Source of the DNA: the human T2T-CHM13v2.0 reference genome, Homo sapiens
Length of the DNA stretch: 64,000 bases
Reading direction: 5' to 3' (one strand)
Assembly (NCBI RefSeq): GCF_009914755.1
Contig: NC_060933.1
In this document: positions 61,650 to 64,000 of the stretch, in pieces
Numbering within the stretch: position 1 is the stretch's first letter
Layout of the letters: every line of letters starts with the position of its first letter
Program-made: the position numbers and the translations under genes
Notes under the pieces: generated by a model
What the model was told of the DNA's origin: nothing
The model's input: the letters and a program-made list of their open reading frames with translations, nothing else
Databases searched by the model: none

Positions 61650-62310
61650 TAACAAAATGCCATAGACTGGTGGCTTATAAACAACAGAAATTTATTTCTC
61701 AATGTTCTGGAGACTGGCAAGTGCAACATCTAGGTGCCAGCAGATTGGTTGCCTGTTGAGGGCCCACTTTGGGTCCATACATGGCTCCTCCCAGCTGTGT
61801 CCTCACATGATAGAAGGGGCAGGGCATCTCTCTGGAGTCTCCTTTATGTTTTTCTTTTTTTGTTGTTTTTTTGAGACAGGGTCTCTCTCTGTTGCCCAGG
61901 CTGGAGTGCAGTGGCGTGATCTTGGCTCACTGCAGCCTCAACTTCCTGAGCTCAAGCAATCTTCCTGCCTAAGCCTCCCAGGGAGCTGGGACTACAGTTA
62001 TGCACCACCATGCCCAGCTAATTTTGGTATTTTGGTAGCAATGGGGTTTCACCATGTTACCCAGGCTGGTCTTGAACTCCTGAGCTCAAGTAATCGGCCC
62101 ACCTTGGCCTTCCAAAGTGTTGAGATTATAGGCATCAGCCGCTACGTCTGCCCTGAGATCAGTTTTATAAGGGCACTAATCCCAATTCGTGAGGGCTTCA
62201 CTTTCCTGACCTATAACTTCCCAAAGGCCCCATATCCAAAAACCATCACAGTAGTGATTACATTTCAACATAGGAATTTTGGGGGGACATAAGCATTCAG
62301 ACCATAGCAA
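61650..62310 (-). mobile_element. MLT1/MST (MaLR) LTR with an inserted reverse AluJ (about 61850-62152)
   Basis: CCATAGACTGGTGGCTTATAAACAACAGAAATTTATTTCTC...GGGGGACATAAGCATTCAGACCATAGCA. Confidence 0.78.
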
Positions 62311-62674
62311 TTCGTTTGAGGGTTTAATGAAATAATATATGTAAAGTACTTAGTATAGTACAGCATATTATATGCATTCAATAAATATCAGTTGTTATTT
62401 TTATTACCTTTAAGATACAATAACTTTGGCATGATTAGTTATTCTGAGACAATATACATTAGGATAGGGAAAAAAAAAAACCCTAGGACTTCTGCTTGTA
62501 TTTTTACTTCTCCCTATAACTTTTGTGTGTGTACATACATACATATACATATGTGTGTATATATACATATATGTGTGAACGTGTATATATAGGAATTATG
62601 TACCTAAAAATGTTTTCACTGGTAGAAGATGTGATTTTTAAAAATTGGAGACAATTGGCTCAGAGATTTAATAA

Positions 62675-63011
<337 letters not shown>

Positions 63012-63026
63012 AGTGTATAGCATTTT

Positions 63027-63059
63027 CACCTGATCTTAGCCAAAAGGCCAAGAACTGTT
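63027..63059 (-). pseudogene. 3'-truncated U2 snRNA retropseudogene (first 33 nt)
   Basis: Minus strand AACAGTTCTTGGCCTTTTGGCTAAGATCAGGTG matches U2 5' end ATCGCTTCTCGGCCTTTTGGCTAAGATCAAGTG at 28/33; flanked by ATAG(C/A)ATTTTCA repeats. Confidence 0.8.
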
Positions 63060-63590
63060 ATAGAATTTTCATTCTCAAGATTAAGTCTCTTTCATACAAA
63101 CCACAACATATTTTCAAATCATTGCTTATTTAAAGCTTGCCAACCTGTAGCGTAGCATGTGAATATTCACATTTTGAACTAGGGCCAAGAAAGCCAGGAT
63201 GATGCGTTTCTTTCCAACCCCAGCAATTCATTAAAATTCCTTTGTCAAATCAACAGATCAAGAGCAGTGTATTGCCTAGGATGGTCGGTTTATTTTCAGG
63301 AACTGAATTTATAAATAATTCAGGAAATGAATCAGACCTTATTTTATCAGCAACATTACTATAGATGTCCAGTAGAAACTCTCCATGTGTGTCATCTTAT
63401 ATGAAGTCACTTGATAATTATCTATCTCCAAATTAGAAAACCTAGTTAAATGAAGCTGGGGCTTGGGAGATGTGGAAGGAAGAACTCCTGATTTTCAACC
63501 CCTGTTAATCAGCAGCAGTGCGGGCGCCCTGTGCTTCTTGCACAGTTGTCCTGTGCCACCTTCCTGAGTGGCTACCACCCAGGAAGTTGA

Positions 63591-63917
<327 letters not shown>

Positions 63918-64000
63918 CCTGACTTTTATTTTTCTAAGAAAAAGGTATTCTACAGTTGCATTTCAAGACAAAAGGGAGACTGTCAAAATTTTGCTTGAAA

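Noticed and set aside
61702-62292. 196-aa ORF and the other Alu-derived ORFs ([20 protein letters not shown] types)
   Set aside because: Standard translations of Alu/MaLR sequence.
63157-63172. 16-bp palindrome ATGTGAATATTCACAT (and 14-bp TTCTCATATGAGAA at about 52149)
   Set aside because: About one 8-bp-arm palindrome is expected by chance in 64 kb.

Overview
This is human (primate) genomic DNA holding the 5' half of AUH (AU-rich RNA-binding methylglutaconyl-CoA hydratase, crotonase fold) on the minus strand. It includes the CpG-island promoter (about 49.6-50.2 kb) and coding exons 1-4 (49765-50026, 44225-44292, 44020-44107, 13460-13546; 505 nt, all GT-AG, frames join). Intron 3 is 30.5 kb, intron 4 runs off the left edge, and about 14 kb of upstream intergenic DNA follows. 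The rest is dominated by transposon relics: over 30 Alus (one young AluYb), about 12 solo LTRs (many with 4-bp target-site duplications, TSDs), old L1/L2/MIR, and hAT and Tigger DNA transposons, often nested. Apart from AUH exon 1, the supplied ORFs look spurious. I cannot support a new multi-gene system here. The best leads are small: an orphan 31-nt polyA/TSD retro-insertion, a U2 snRNA 5' fragment and an AluY stacked on one triplicated target site, a perfect TISU/YY1 start element plus an in-frame Met71 just after the mitochondrial presequence, an inverted MER21 pair, several palindromes, and recent-looking micro-duplications. Repeat family names are from recalled consensus sequences, and repeat boundaries without a TSD are approximate.
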